Source of the DNA: Candidatus Hydrogenedentota bacterium
GTDB taxonomy: Bacteria > Hydrogenedentota > Hydrogenedentia > Hydrogenedentales > GCA-2746185
Assembly (NCBI GenBank): GCA_046583315.1
Contig: JAYGCN010000049.1
Location: 1-64,000 of the forward strand
Reading direction: 5' to 3'
DNA: 64,000 bases
Each line of letters opens with the position of its first letter. The first letter of the stretch is position 1. The notes under the pieces were generated by a model. That model was not told the origin of the DNA. It made no database searches and saw only the letters and a program-made list of their open reading frames with translations. Shown piece by piece: positions 1 to 9,022 of this stretch. Made by a program: the position numbers and the translations under genes.

Positions 1-108
1 CCGATGAACCAGAAGGCGCAGGATTTGCTGATGAACGCGCCGAACGAACCGCTGCCGGGTCATCTGGATGAGTTGCATCTGGAAGTGAACTATCCTGAAG
101 AAGATTAG
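1..108 (+). CDS. aspS: Aspartyl-tRNA synthetase, C-terminal end (partial)
   Basis: Frame 1 reads PMNQKAQDLLMNAPNEPLPGHLDELHLEVNYPEED*, matching the AspRS C-terminal FP...A.DL...AP....L.EL.L tail. TAG at 106-108. Confidence 0.8.
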   Translation, partial: PMNQKAQDLLMNAPNEPLPGHLDELHLEVNYPEED

Positions 109-255
109 GTTTGGAAGTTTCCATAGGGTGCTGTGGGGTGATAGGCGTTGTAATTGGTGGAGCTCGTCAGACGATGGTTCAATGGTGGAAACCGATTTAA
201 ACGAATCGTGTGAACAAAAGTGATTTGATGTACTCGTTACCTTGCCGTTCAACAT

Positions 256-996
256 TTAGGGCTTGTCGAATATTTTTTCGTCCAGACGAAGGTCGAGTTC
301 CGTTTTCGTATACGTGTATTCGATATGCACCGCGCCTTGCCCAATGTCGACGCTCGTCGAATCGGGGAATTTAACGCCGCCGTACTCGACATAGTTGGAA
401 TATTGAATGACCAACATCGTTTCTCCGAAATCGGGATCGTCCGTTGGGGTCTTGAATCCGACCAACAGATGCGATGCTTTGTCGATGTAGTATGCGGTCT
501 CGGTTCCAACAATACTGAGTACGAAACATTCTGTACCATCGTAGGTCTCGTCTTCTTTCTGAACGAATGCGGCCTTCCCGCCCTGTTTATACGCTGACTG
601 AAGGGGATCGACGTATACGGCAGATTTCGCGCCATCGAGGTCGACACCCGATAGTTGGGTCGTCCCGTCGGCGGAATTAATATTCCACCCTTCGACGCCA
701 TTCCAGATAGTCGACTGCTCGAAGGGCCCAAAATCCATGGAATCGAATGATTTTTCGCCAATGACCGTCGCTTCTGTTCCCTTCCCGAGCATCGTGCCGT
801 AGTCGCCAGTGAGCTGCAAATCAGCGGTACGTTGAACGGTTTTGATCTCCGAGAGCTTGTCAAGACCGCCCACCGCCTCGAAATGGGAGTCTAAAATTTC
901 TCCGACATCGGCGGAAGCGGCGTTTGGTGTTGGAATCACAAGCAACGACATTGTCGTGATCACGAGAACTGCTGGAAGTCGCGGGGGTAACAACAT
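256..996 (-). CDS. Exported LolA-like / outer-membrane lipoprotein-sorting-type protein
   Basis: Signal peptide, then 'EILDSHFEAVGGLDKLSEIKT', 'YYIDKASHLL', 'YSNYVEYGGVKFP' and C-terminal 'LDEKIFDKP', typical of this family. Confidence 0.6.
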   Translation of the reverse strand: MLLPPRLPAVLVITTMSLLVIPTPNAASADVGEILDSHFEAVGGLDKLSEIKTVQRTADLQLTGDYGTMLGKGTEATVIGEKSFDSMDFGPFEQSTIWNGVEGWNINSADGTTQLSGVDLDGAKSAVYVDPLQSAYKQGGKAAFVQKEDETYDGTECFVLSIVGTETAYYIDKASHLLVGFKTPTDDPDFGETMLVIQYSNYVEYGGVKFPDSTSVDIGQGAVHIEYTYTKTELDLRLDEKIFDKP

Positions 997-1032
997 GGAA
1001 AACGCTCCTTTGTCAGATAGATATTTCTCGTA

Positions 1033-1803
1033 TTAGTAGCCGCGCAGTTTCATGCGTGGATAGGTTCGCGTGAAAAAGCGAATCAAGATGAGCAGCATCA
1101 CGAGATCCAGAATAACGGTCTGAAGATGCAGATTGAATCCGGGATAATCCAAGGCACTGCTGTCTGGATCGAGTGGATTGTAGCGAATATTCAGCGTCAC
1201 GGCTTTCTGCGAGCGATGTGCGCTTTTGTAGGGCATTGCCCCCTTCGCCCCATCGTCCTCTTCGGTAACGAGCTTTATTGAAGATGTTTCGCTGAGCGAT
1301 TTACGGCGTTGGGAGACCACTCCGTCAAAGTCTTCGCCGCGTGTGGTGCGACTGTATTCGGATGCACCCAATCCGGGGTGGAAGCCGGCGGACGGGAATT
1401 CATATCTGGGAAGGGCTGGATTTGCGGGATCAATTTTGGTGAGCGATGAGGCCCCTTGGACGAGGTCCGGTCGATAACGATTCAGAATTGGTGTGTTGAC
1501 CCAATTCCCGCGCCATAAACCGGAGACCCGCCCGGACCCGATGTTGAATCGATACAGAACGTTCACACCGTTATTTCCGGCACTGATAGGCGAATACTGC
1601 ATCCGCATGGGTTCGGCAACCTGAACGCCAACCACTTGCGCTGTGGTGCGGGTCCAATTCATCTGATCGAACTCAGAATACGTTAAAACGGCAATAGCCA
1701 TGCAGGAAAACAGCAATCCCAGGCCTATGCATTCCGGGACACCCATCTTGATTCTACGATACTTACGTTGTAATGCCATTCCCCCGGAGATCTCCTTTGA
1801 CAA
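1033..1803 (-). CDS. DUF3592-like membrane protein with internal insertion
   Basis: N-terminal TM, 'W.RTTAQVV', 'V.YRF', 'IRYNPLDPDSSAL', C-terminal TM. Start codon uncertain. Confidence 0.5.
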   Translation of the reverse strand: MSKEISGGMALQRKYRRIKMGVPECIGLGLLFSCMAIAVLTYSEFDQMNWTRTTAQVVGVQVAEPMRMQYSPISAGNNGVNVLYRFNIGSGRVSGLWRGNWVNTPILNRYRPDLVQGASSLTKIDPANPALPRYEFPSAGFHPGLGASEYSRTTRGEDFDGVVSQRRKSLSETSSIKLVTEEDDGAKGAMPYKSAHRSQKAVTLNIRYNPLDPDSSALDYPGFNLHLQTVILDLVMLLILIRFFTRTYPRMKLRGY

Positions 1804-1845
1804 GTATTGTCCGATCTATTCCCAGATCTGTCAAGAATTTTCTCG

Positions 1846-2175
1846 TCAGGAGGTGGAGTTTTCCCTGAGCCGAACGGCCGTGCCGTAGACAAGCACTTCT
1901 GCTGCACCGTTGGCGATGTTGGAGGTGCTGAATCGAGCATCGACGATGGCATCGGCACCGAGTCCCCTGGCATGATCACACATGCGATCCAAGGCGTGCT
2001 CGCGGGATTCGGCGAGCATTTTTGTGTACTCATGCACTTCGCCGCCGACAATATTTCGGAACAGGGCCATTATGTCTTTTCCCAAATGTCGAGCGCGAAC
2101 AGTGGTTCCCCGAACCAGCCCGATGGTTTCGATGATTTCTTTTCCGACGATATTTGGTGAGGTAACAACGATCAC
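1846..2175 (-). CDS. YbjQ / UPF0145 family protein
   Basis: 'MIVVT', 'GLVRG', 'IVGGEVHEYTKMLAESREHALDRM', 'GADAIV', 'YGTAV'. Confidence 0.9.
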   Translation of the reverse strand: MIVVTSPNIVGKEIIETIGLVRGTTVRARHLGKDIMALFRNIVGGEVHEYTKMLAESREHALDRMCDHARGLGADAIVDARFSTSNIANGAAEVLVYGTAVRLRENSTS

Positions 2176-2213
2176 TTCATACCCTTTCCCGATTTGTCGT
2201 TTCTAGAATTGAT

Positions 2214-2657
2214 TTAATGATGGATATCGTTACTGTATCGATCTGTTTTTCGAATCACCCAGCGTTGACGCGCGACGGAAGCGAATACGACGGCCAAGCC
2301 GACGAGCACGATTTCTGTCGCAATCTTGGCAATCGATGATTCCCACTGCGTAATGAGCATCGTATAGAGTCCGACACCAATCAATCCTGCGCAACCGAGC
2401 CAGATGAGTAACCATCCGAAACGTCGCTCCATGCGGGCGTAGACTTGGCCCAGAAAATCATCCCACACTTCTTCGGGGGGCAGCTCAAAGCCTAACTCTG
2501 ATGATGCCGCAACGAGCTGCGTCATTTCGTCTAGCTCTTGACGACACACGGCGCACCCGTCCAGGTGCGCCTGCATGATCTGCGTTTGCGCGTCACTCAG
2601 TTCGTCGTCCAGGTACCCCGACATGAGGTCCCGAATTTCGTCACATGTCTCACTCAT
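2214..2657 (-). CDS. Zinc-binding anti-sigma factor (zf-HC2/ZAS) with two TM helices
   Basis: 'CDEIRDLMSGYLDDEL' and HxxxCxxC ('HLDGCAVC'). Lies immediately downstream of the ECF sigma gene. Confidence 0.9.
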   Translation of the reverse strand: MSETCDEIRDLMSGYLDDELSDAQTQIMQAHLDGCAVCRQELDEMTQLVAASSELGFELPPEEVWDDFLGQVYARMERRFGWLLIWLGCAGLIGVGLYTMLITQWESSIAKIATEIVLVGLAVVFASVARQRWVIRKTDRYSNDIHH

Positions 2658-2659
2658 AT

Positions 2660-3235
2660 TCAGACCACCTCTGCATGTGCGACCTCCATGACTTTTCGTA
2701 GACTCTTACGTGCTCCATGCAAACGTGACATTACCGTTCCGTGAGGAATTTCCAGGCATTCGGCAATTTCCGCGTAAGATTTTTCGTGTATGTGGCGCAA
2801 CAGGATGATCTCCCGATGCTGGTCGCTGATTTTCTCCAGCGCGTCTCGAATGGCGCCGCGTAATTCGACGATTATGGCTTTGGCATCTGGTCCTCTACGG
2901 TTGGACGGGAAATCACGCCCGGAAGCCATCATCTTGTCCAGGGAAGATTCGCCGCGTCGGTTTCTTTTCTTGATGTGATTGAGGCAGGTGTTTTTGACGA
3001 TTCTGTAGAGCCACGGATAAAATGGCATGCGTAAGTCGAATCGTTTTATGGCTTTATAGGCTTTCACGAATGAATCCTGTGCCATTTCCAAGGCATCCTC
3101 CCGATTGCCTACAAATCCATAGGCAACGGCGTAGGCCCTGCGTTGATAGGCTGTTACGAGTCTGCCAAAGGCGGTCCGATCACCGGCTTGTGCCTTCTCA
3201 ATCAAGCTTTTCTCATTTATCTCCATGGTTATCAT
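2660..3235 (-). CDS. ECF RNA polymerase sigma-70 factor
   Basis: Region 2 'GDRTAFGRLV...QDSFVKAY...FYPWLYRIVKNTCLN' and region 4 'SYAEIAECLEIPHGTVMSRLHGAR'. Confidence 0.95.
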   Translation of the reverse strand: MITMEINEKSLIEKAQAGDRTAFGRLVTAYQRRAYAVAYGFVGNREDALEMAQDSFVKAYKAIKRFDLRMPFYPWLYRIVKNTCLNHIKKRNRRGESSLDKMMASGRDFPSNRRGPDAKAIIVELRGAIRDALEKISDQHREIILLRHIHEKSYAEIAECLEIPHGTVMSRLHGARKSLRKVMEVAHAEVV

Positions 3236-3311
3236 TGTATAGAGTAGTACCGTTGAATTGAAGAAATATTCACGGGATTCGGAAAAACATGACGATTTTC
3301 TGAAAAATGGA

Positions 3312-3635
3312 TTATCGCCGATTCGACCACTTTTCGGCCCAAAAGTGAAGTGGTGTCAGGCTTTCCATTAGATCGAGGCCTTCCGTGGTCAGCGCATAAC
3401 CATGGTCAGAATTCTCGAGGATTCCTGCCGCACGTAGCTCGTCGACCCGCTGATTCAGCACGCTTGGGGACATATTTTCGCAAGCATCGCGCAGTTCCCG
3501 GAACGTGAGAGGCTCGCTTCTTAGTTCCCAGAGGATGCGCAGGCTCCAGCGTCTTCCGAGTAAATCGAGCAGGGCCATGATGGGCCTTCCGGTAGTGGAG
3601 CCTCGAACGGGGGAGCCTGGTTTTGGATTGGCCAT
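3312..3635 (-). CDS. HxlR-family winged-helix transcriptional regulator
   Basis: 'LLDLLGRRWSLRILWEL', 'FRELR', 'SPSVLNQR..EL...GI', 'YALTTEG'. Confidence 0.9.
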   Translation of the reverse strand: MANPKPGSPVRGSTTGRPIMALLDLLGRRWSLRILWELRSEPLTFRELRDACENMSPSVLNQRVDELRAAGILENSDHGYALTTEGLDLMESLTPLHFWAEKWSNRR

Positions 3636-3649
3636 GTAAATTTTCCTTT

Positions 3650-3696
3650 CGCTACGGATTTAGTAGCGGTATACTGGTGCTACGTTTTTAGTAGCG
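3650..3696. promoter_or_regulatory. Two tandem palindromic operators GCTAC-N7-GTAGC
   Basis: GCTACggatttaGTAGC (3651-3667) and GCTACgtttttaGTAGC (3679-3695) lie between the divergent HxlR and CMD genes. Confidence 0.7.
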
Positions 3697-3743
3697 TACC
3701 GCATTTGAAATCTGTTTTCAACCCTGAACAAAGGAGAATCACC

Positions 3744-4301
3744 ATGAGTACACCGAGAATGAAACCACTGGAAGCACCCTACGATGAGGCCATTCAGCAA
3801 GCCTTCGACAAAATCATGCCACAGGGTATGGAGCCGTTGAATATTTTCAAAACGAAGGCAAAACATCCCGAGCTATTTCAATACCAGATGGCGTTGGGCG
3901 GCGTATTGTTGTATAAAGGCGAGCTTGACCGAGTGGATCGTGAGTTGATTTTGAATCGTACCTGCGCGCGCTGTGGCTCCGAATATGAGTGGGGCGTGCA
4001 TGTGAACGCCTTCGCGCGTCCTCTTGGCATTAGCGAGGAAAAGATTAGGGCGACGGTGATGTCGGGTTGGGATGACCCTGTTTGGAGCGAGCGGGAGTCG
4101 ATTCTTATACGATTTGCGGACGAATTGCATGATACTTCGACCATTTCGGACGAATTGTGGGAATTACTTGCAGCGGATTGGACTGAGCGCCAAATATTGG
4201 AAATGATCTCGATCGCTGGGAATTATCACGGAATCTCGTTTTTGACGAATGCGCTCCGAATCGATCTTGAGCAGACGGCGGAGCGCTTTCCAGAGGCCTG
4301 A
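3744..4301 (+). CDS. Carboxymuconolactone decarboxylase (CMD/AhpD-like) family protein
   Basis: 'DRELILNRTCARCGSEYEWGVH', 'FADELHDT..ISDELW'. AAGGAG SD before the ATG at 3744. Confidence 0.85.
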   Translation: MSTPRMKPLEAPYDEAIQQAFDKIMPQGMEPLNIFKTKAKHPELFQYQMALGGVLLYKGELDRVDRELILNRTCARCGSEYEWGVHVNAFARPLGISEEKIRATVMSGWDDPVWSERESILIRFADELHDTSTISDELWELLAADWTERQILEMISIAGNYHGISFLTNALRIDLEQTAERFPEA

Positions 4302-4352
4302 AAAAGAGCTGCTCTTGGGCATTTCGCGTCGTTTACGAAGAGGGTATAAGGA

Positions 4353-4382
4353 TTGAACGACCAAGGGTTTATATGCTATATT
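4353..4382 (+). promoter_or_regulatory. Putative sigma70 promoter of the ffh operon
   Basis: TTGAAC-N18-TATATT with an extended -10 TG. Confidence 0.45.
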
Positions 4383-4464
4383 ACGGGACTTGCCTGAGGG
4401 TGATTTGTGCCTTCTGGCGGTAGTCGCGTGTGTTTTACAGGCGAGATACGTCCGGGAAGACACC

Positions 4465-5811
4465 GTGTTTGAATCACTGAGCAATAGATTAGACGCTGTT
4501 TTTAAGAATATTCGCGGTCAGGGTCGCCTGTCTGAAAAGAATATGAAGGACAGCCTTCAGGAGATTCGCAAGGCGCTCCTGGAAGCCGACGTAAACTATA
4601 AGGTCGTCAAGAAGTTCATCGCTGATGTGGAAGTTGCGGCGCTTGGTCAGAAAGTGATTGAGAGCGTCAATCCCGGCCAGCAGATTGTGAAGATTGTTCA
4701 TGATGAATTGATGACCCTGATGGGTGGTGCGAATGCGCCGCTCGAAATGGCCTCAAAGCCGCCCACGGTAATTATGATGGTGGGTTTGCAGGGACAGGGT
4801 AAAACGACGACCGCTGGTAAGTTGGCGCTACATTTGAAGAAGAAAGGCAAGAAGCCGTTGCTGGTGGGTGCGGACGTGTATCGTCCTGCGGCTATCCAGC
4901 AGTTGGAAATTGTCGCGAAGCAGGCGGAAGTTGAATGCTTTAGTCTGGGCGAGAATGCCAACCCGGTTGACACCTGCGTGATGTCGAAAGGCGAAGCGCA
5001 GATGCGTGGTTGCGACGTCATCATTTTGGATACGGCGGGTCGTTTGCATGTCGATGACCAGATGATGGCTGAGGTTCGCAAGATCGAGAAGGCGGTTTCG
5101 CCGGACGAGATTTTGTTTGTGGCCAATGCGACGACGGGTCAGGATGCGGTGAATTCCGCGAAGCAGTTCAACGATGCCTTATCGCTTTCGGGTGTGATTC
5201 TCACCCAGATGGATGGTGATGGACGTGGCGGTGCGGCGATCAGTTTGATCGAGGTCACTGGATGCCCGGTTAAGTTCGTGGGTACGGGTGAGCAGCTTGA
5301 TGCATTGGATCCGTTTCATCCGAGCCGTATGGCGGATCAGATTCTGGGCATGGGCGACATCGTTTCGCTGGTGGAAAAAGCGCAAGAAGTGATCGACCAG
5401 GACGAGGCGATCAAGCTTCAGGAAAAGGTCAAGAAGGCGACCTTCAATCTGGAGGATTTCCTGGGCCAGATGCAACAGATAAAGAAGATGGGCTCCATTG
5501 GAGACATCATGAAGAAGATACCGGGTATGAACCAGTTGGCCGGCAAGGGCGTTGAGATAAACGACGACGATATGAAACATATTGAGGCGATTATTCGCTC
5601 GATGACCTTGAAGGAACGACGCAAACCGAAAATTATAAATGGTAGTCGCCGCAGACGCATTGCCAATGGTAGTGGTACGCGGGTGCAGGATGTAAATCGA
5701 CTATTGAAGGACTTTGACAAGTCCCGCAAGTTAATGAAAATGATGATGAAAGGCGGCAAGAAGCGCGGCATGCGAGGCGGAGTCCCATTTGGCGGGATGC
5801 CAGGCATGTAA
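4465..5811 (+). CDS. ffh: Signal recognition particle protein Ffh
   Basis: GTG start 'MFESLSNRL', GLQGQGKTT, DTAGR, Met-rich M domain 'SRRRRIANGSG'. Confidence 0.98.
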   Translation: MFESLSNRLDAVFKNIRGQGRLSEKNMKDSLQEIRKALLEADVNYKVVKKFIADVEVAALGQKVIESVNPGQQIVKIVHDELMTLMGGANAPLEMASKPPTVIMMVGLQGQGKTTTAGKLALHLKKKGKKPLLVGADVYRPAAIQQLEIVAKQAEVECFSLGENANPVDTCVMSKGEAQMRGCDVIILDTAGRLHVDDQMMAEVRKIEKAVSPDEILFVANATTGQDAVNSAKQFNDALSLSGVILTQMDGDGRGGAAISLIEVTGCPVKFVGTGEQLDALDPFHPSRMADQILGMGDIVSLVEKAQEVIDQDEAIKLQEKVKKATFNLEDFLGQMQQIKKMGSIGDIMKKIPGMNQLAGKGVEINDDDMKHIEAIIRSMTLKERRKPKIINGSRRRRIANGSGTRVQDVNRLLKDFDKSRKLMKMMMKGGKKRGMRGGVPFGGMPGM

Positions 5812-5870
5812 TGCGCGTAGACGTTCGCCACAACCCTGAAGCAGTACGATAAAAGGAACGGAAAACAATC

Positions 5871-6167
5871 ATGGCAACAGCAATTCGTTTGAAACGAGGC
5901 GGTCGCACACACGAACCGTATTACCGCGTAATCGTTGTGGATTCACGCGCGAAAGCCACAGGACGCGTTATCGAAGAAGTCGGCTATTACCACCCTTGTG
6001 CACGCCCGGAACCCAAGACGGAAATCAATGAAGAAGCAGCATTGAATTGGTTGCGCAAAGGCGCTCAGCCTTCGGCGACGGCCCGTAGTCTTCTGTCGAA
6101 AAAAGGCATTATGGCCAAATTTGCTGCGGAACGTGACGGCAAGAAAGAAGAAGTCGCTGCGGAATAA
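5871..6167 (+). CDS. rpsP: 30S ribosomal protein S16
   Basis: 'IRLKRGG...PYYRVIVVDSR...G.YHP', 'WL.KGAQPS'. Confidence 0.97.
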   Translation: MATAIRLKRGGRTHEPYYRVIVVDSRAKATGRVIEEVGYYHPCARPEPKTEINEEAALNWLRKGAQPSATARSLLSKKGIMAKFAAERDGKKEEVAAE

Positions 6168-6232
6168 GTAGCGCACACCTCGTGGCACGCGGGCCTTTAA
6201 TGGGTCGGATGTGCCAGGATTGAGAGAGAAAC

Positions 6233-6463
6233 ATGAAAGAATTAATTGAATTGATTTCGAAGAAGCTTGTTGAGCACCCGGATGACGTACAGGTTCGTGT
6301 GATCGATGGCGAAGATGGTCAGGTATTTGAGCTGCGTGTGAACCCGGAGGATATGGGTCGCGTCATCGGCAAGAATGGTCGTGTGGCGAAAGCCGTTCGC
6401 ACGCTTATCGGCTCTGCGGCGGCGAAAAGCAATGTTCGCGTGTCGCTGGATATTATCGAATAA
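6233..6463 (+). CDS. khpA: KH-domain RNA-binding protein KhpA (YlqC)
   Basis: 'LVEHPDDV', 'DMGRVIGKNGR'. Conserved position after rpsP. Confidence 0.92.
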   Translation: MKELIELISKKLVEHPDDVQVRVIDGEDGQVFELRVNPEDMGRVIGKNGRVAKAVRTLIGSAAAKSNVRVSLDIIE

Positions 6464-6486
6464 AACCGAAACAGGTAACGAGGCCG

Positions 6487-7011
6487 ATGGGTAGTCAAAC
6501 ACGCATTGGCATCATCACGAGCGCAAGTGCGGGCAACCGGACGTTACGCATTGAGATGGCCCGAAGCTATGTCGTATACGCGCTTTCGTTGCAGGTTTTG
6601 GAATGTATAAAGAAGGACGGTACGGCGATAAAGTGTCGCGTGGCTTCTATCAAGAAGTCGAACGATGGCGTTATCGTCAAGGTGGTACCGGGTGTCCCAA
6701 GGGATACCATTGCACAGTTGAAGAAATGCTCGGTGGTAACATCGGATGAGTCGTTTAGGCGCGATACTGAAAAGTATGACAGCGATGAACTTTCGGGTTT
6801 GTCGGTGATTGATGCTGATGGAACAAAAGTCGGCACGGTTAAAGCGGGTTTTGAAACGCGTGCGAACGGCATGATGGAGATAACGCTCAAAAGCGGCGCG
6901 GTCGTCTTGTTGCCGATTGTTCCAGAAGTGGTTGATTCGGTTGACTGGAATGCAAATGACGTTCGATTGATGCCGGATGTGCCGCTGGATGACGATGGAG
7001 TGCAGGCATGA
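6487..7011 (+). CDS. rimM: Ribosome maturation factor RimM (divergent)
   Basis: Position between khpA and trmD. C-terminal PRC barrel 'ELSGLSVID..G..VG.V...ET.AN...LLP.V.EVV.SVD'. Confidence 0.8.
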   Translation: MGSQTRIGIITSASAGNRTLRIEMARSYVVYALSLQVLECIKKDGTAIKCRVASIKKSNDGVIVKVVPGVPRDTIAQLKKCSVVTSDESFRRDTEKYDSDELSGLSVIDADGTKVGTVKAGFETRANGMMEITLKSGAVVLLPIVPEVVDSVDWNANDVRLMPDVPLDDDGVQA

Positions 7012-7739
7012 GAATTGATGTTGTGACTCTGTTTCCTGAGATGTTTAGCGAAGCCATGGCGGCGGGTCTGCTCGGCAAGGCGATCGACAAGGGCATCATT
7101 GGTATTGAGTATACGAATCCCAGGGATTTTACCGGGGATGTGCATCGGACTGTGGATGACGCGCCGTATGGTGGCGGTCCTGGAATGGTGATGAAGTGCG
7201 AACCAGTGTTCGCGGCAGTTGAAAGTTTAAGAGAGAAGAACTCGCTGAGTCGAGTCATTGCCTTGTCCCCCAGGGGACGTCGTTTGACGCAGGACATCGT
7301 GAAGGAATTGGCTGATGCCGATGACCTGGTCCTGATTTGCGGACGTTACGAAGGCTTTGATGAACGCATCAGTGAGGGTTTGTGTACGGACGAGTTGTCC
7401 ATCGGTGATTATGTGCTGAGCGGCGGAGAGTTCCCCGCGATGGTCATCATCGATGCGCTGAGTCGGATGTTACCGGGCGTCATTGGTGATTTCGAATCGG
7501 TTGCGAGCGATTCGTTTTACGATGGCCTTTTGGGCGCGCCGCAGTATACGCGTCCGCCGGAATTTAGAGACGTGCTGGTGCCGGAGGTGTTGCGGGATGG
7601 AAATCACGCGCACATTGAACGGTATCGGCGTAAAGAAGCATTACGGGTGACGCGTGCGCGTCGTCCCGATTTGTTGGAACAGTGTAGCGAGGAAGACCGA
7701 GCGCTACTGAATGAAATAGATAAAGAATCCGGTTCATAG
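7008..7739 (+). CDS. trmD: tRNA (guanine37-N1)-methyltransferase
   Basis: 'MRIDVVTLFPEMF', 'VDDAPYGGGPGMVM', 'CGRYEGFDER', 'SIGDYVLSGGE'. Confidence 0.98.
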   Translation: MRIDVVTLFPEMFSEAMAAGLLGKAIDKGIIGIEYTNPRDFTGDVHRTVDDAPYGGGPGMVMKCEPVFAAVESLREKNSLSRVIALSPRGRRLTQDIVKELADADDLVLICGRYEGFDERISEGLCTDELSIGDYVLSGGEFPAMVIIDALSRMLPGVIGDFESVASDSFYDGLLGAPQYTRPPEFRDVLVPEVLRDGNHAHIERYRRKEALRVTRARRPDLLEQCSEEDRALLNEIDKESGS

Positions 7740-7776
7740 AAACCGATAATCCAATCCTGATCGAGGAGACAGAGTC

Positions 7777-8241
7777 GTGAGCAACATTATAGCTGAAATC
7801 GATAAGAGCCAAATCCGTAGCGATATCCCAAAGTTTAATGTGGGAGACACGGTTAAGGTGCATTTCCGCATTGTGGAAGGTGACAAAGAACGCATCCAGA
7901 TATTTGAAGGTGTCGTGATCGCGCGCAAGAACGGTGAGAGCGCACACGGTAACTTCACCGTACGTCGCGTTTCGTACAATGAGGGCGTGGAGCGTGTATT
8001 CCCGTTGCATTCGCCTCGTGTCGCGAAGGTCGAAGTGATCCGCGAAGGTAAAGTACGTCGCGCGAAGTTGCATTATCTGCGTGAGCGTTCCGGTAAGGCT
8101 GCCCGCGTGAAACAAAAAGGCTTTGGCGGCGTGGCGGCTCCGGTTGCGGATACCCCGGCACCCGCTCCGGTTGAGGAAGAAGCATCGGCTACGGAATCCG
8201 AAGCCACGGAAACGGTGGAAACGACGGAATCGGCTGAGTAG
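7777..8241 (+). CDS. rplS: 50S ribosomal protein L19 with acidic C-terminal tail
   Basis: 'GDTVKV...[14 protein letters not shown]', '[11 protein letters not shown]', '[12 protein letters not shown]'. Confidence 0.97.
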   Translation: MSNIIAEIDKSQIRSDIPKFNVGDTVKVHFRIVEGDKERIQIFEGVVIARKNGESAHGNFTVRRVSYNEGVERVFPLHSPRVAKVEVIREGKVRRAKLHYLRERSGKAARVKQKGFGGVAAPVADTPAPAPVEEEASATESEATETVETTESAE

Positions 8242-8289
8242 AATCTCCGGTACCAAAGGGGCAATCGCCCAAACAAACATGCTATGCTC

Positions 8290-8324
8290 AGTGGACGAAA
8301 CCTCGGTTTCGTCCACTTTTTTTT
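8290..8324 (+). terminator. Intrinsic terminator after rplS
   Basis: AGTGGACGAAACC-tc-GGTTTCGTCCACT stem followed by a T-run. Confidence 0.85.
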
Positions 8325-8327
8325 GGC

Positions 8328-8999
8328 ATGATTGGAGCGGCGATGAGCACGTTTGTCCCATACGCTTGGAAGGATCACCCCGGCATCGAACTGAGCGAGT
8401 TCGAACTGGAAGCTTCCCATTCCGGCCTTAGGCATATTGCCGGTATCGATGAAGCGGGGCGTGGGCCACTCGCGGGACCAGTCGTTGCGGGCGCTGTGAT
8501 GCTGGCCCATCCGATTGCGGGCGTGGATGACTCGAAGAAACTGACCGAGAAGAAACGTGATCGCCTGTATGACGAGATTCAGTCCGGCGAGCATGCGGTC
8601 GGTGTATCGATTGTTTCGGCGGGTGACGTGGATAAACTGGGTATCCAACAGGCGAACTATCGTGCAATGTTGGAGGCGACCGAGGCGCTTGACCCGATTC
8701 CGGAGTTTTTGCTGGTGGATGGTTTCGCCATTCCGGGTTGTGTCATTCCGCATAAGCGTATTGTGAAGGGTGATCAACGTTCGCAATCGATCGCGGCGGC
8801 CAGTATTGTTGCCAAGGTAACGCGGGATCGGCTCATGATTGAGCTGGATGGGCGCTATCCTGAATATGGTTTTGCCCGGCATAAGGGCTATGGCACGAAG
8901 GTACATCTTGAGGCCATCGCGCAATACGGTCCGTGTGCCGAACATCGAAAATCTTTCGCGCCCATCGCCAATGCGGTCTCGACGGCTGCGCTGTTATAA
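8328..8999 (+). CDS. rnhB: Ribonuclease HII
   Basis: 'GIDEAGRGPLAGPV', 'DSKKL', 'SIAAASIVAKVTRD', 'HKGYGT'. Start may be the ATG at 8343. Confidence 0.96.
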   Translation: MIGAAMSTFVPYAWKDHPGIELSEFELEASHSGLRHIAGIDEAGRGPLAGPVVAGAVMLAHPIAGVDDSKKLTEKKRDRLYDEIQSGEHAVGVSIVSAGDVDKLGIQQANYRAMLEATEALDPIPEFLLVDGFAIPGCVIPHKRIVKGDQRSQSIAAASIVAKVTRDRLMIELDGRYPEYGFARHKGYGTKVHLEAIAQYGPCAEHRKSFAPIANAVSTAALL

Positions 9000-9022
9000 C
9001 GAAATTCAGGGGATTGATATCG

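Noticed and set aside
6183..6216. Hairpin between rpsP and khpA as a regulatory RNA
   Set aside because: A short imperfect stem (TGGCAC/GTGCCA) without a U-tract, which is insufficient evidence.
8073..8945. Long antisense ORFs (here 290 aa, also 7564-8361, 42287-43042 and 62342-63130)
   Set aside because: They lie opposite well-supported genes and are expected shadow ORFs at this GC content.
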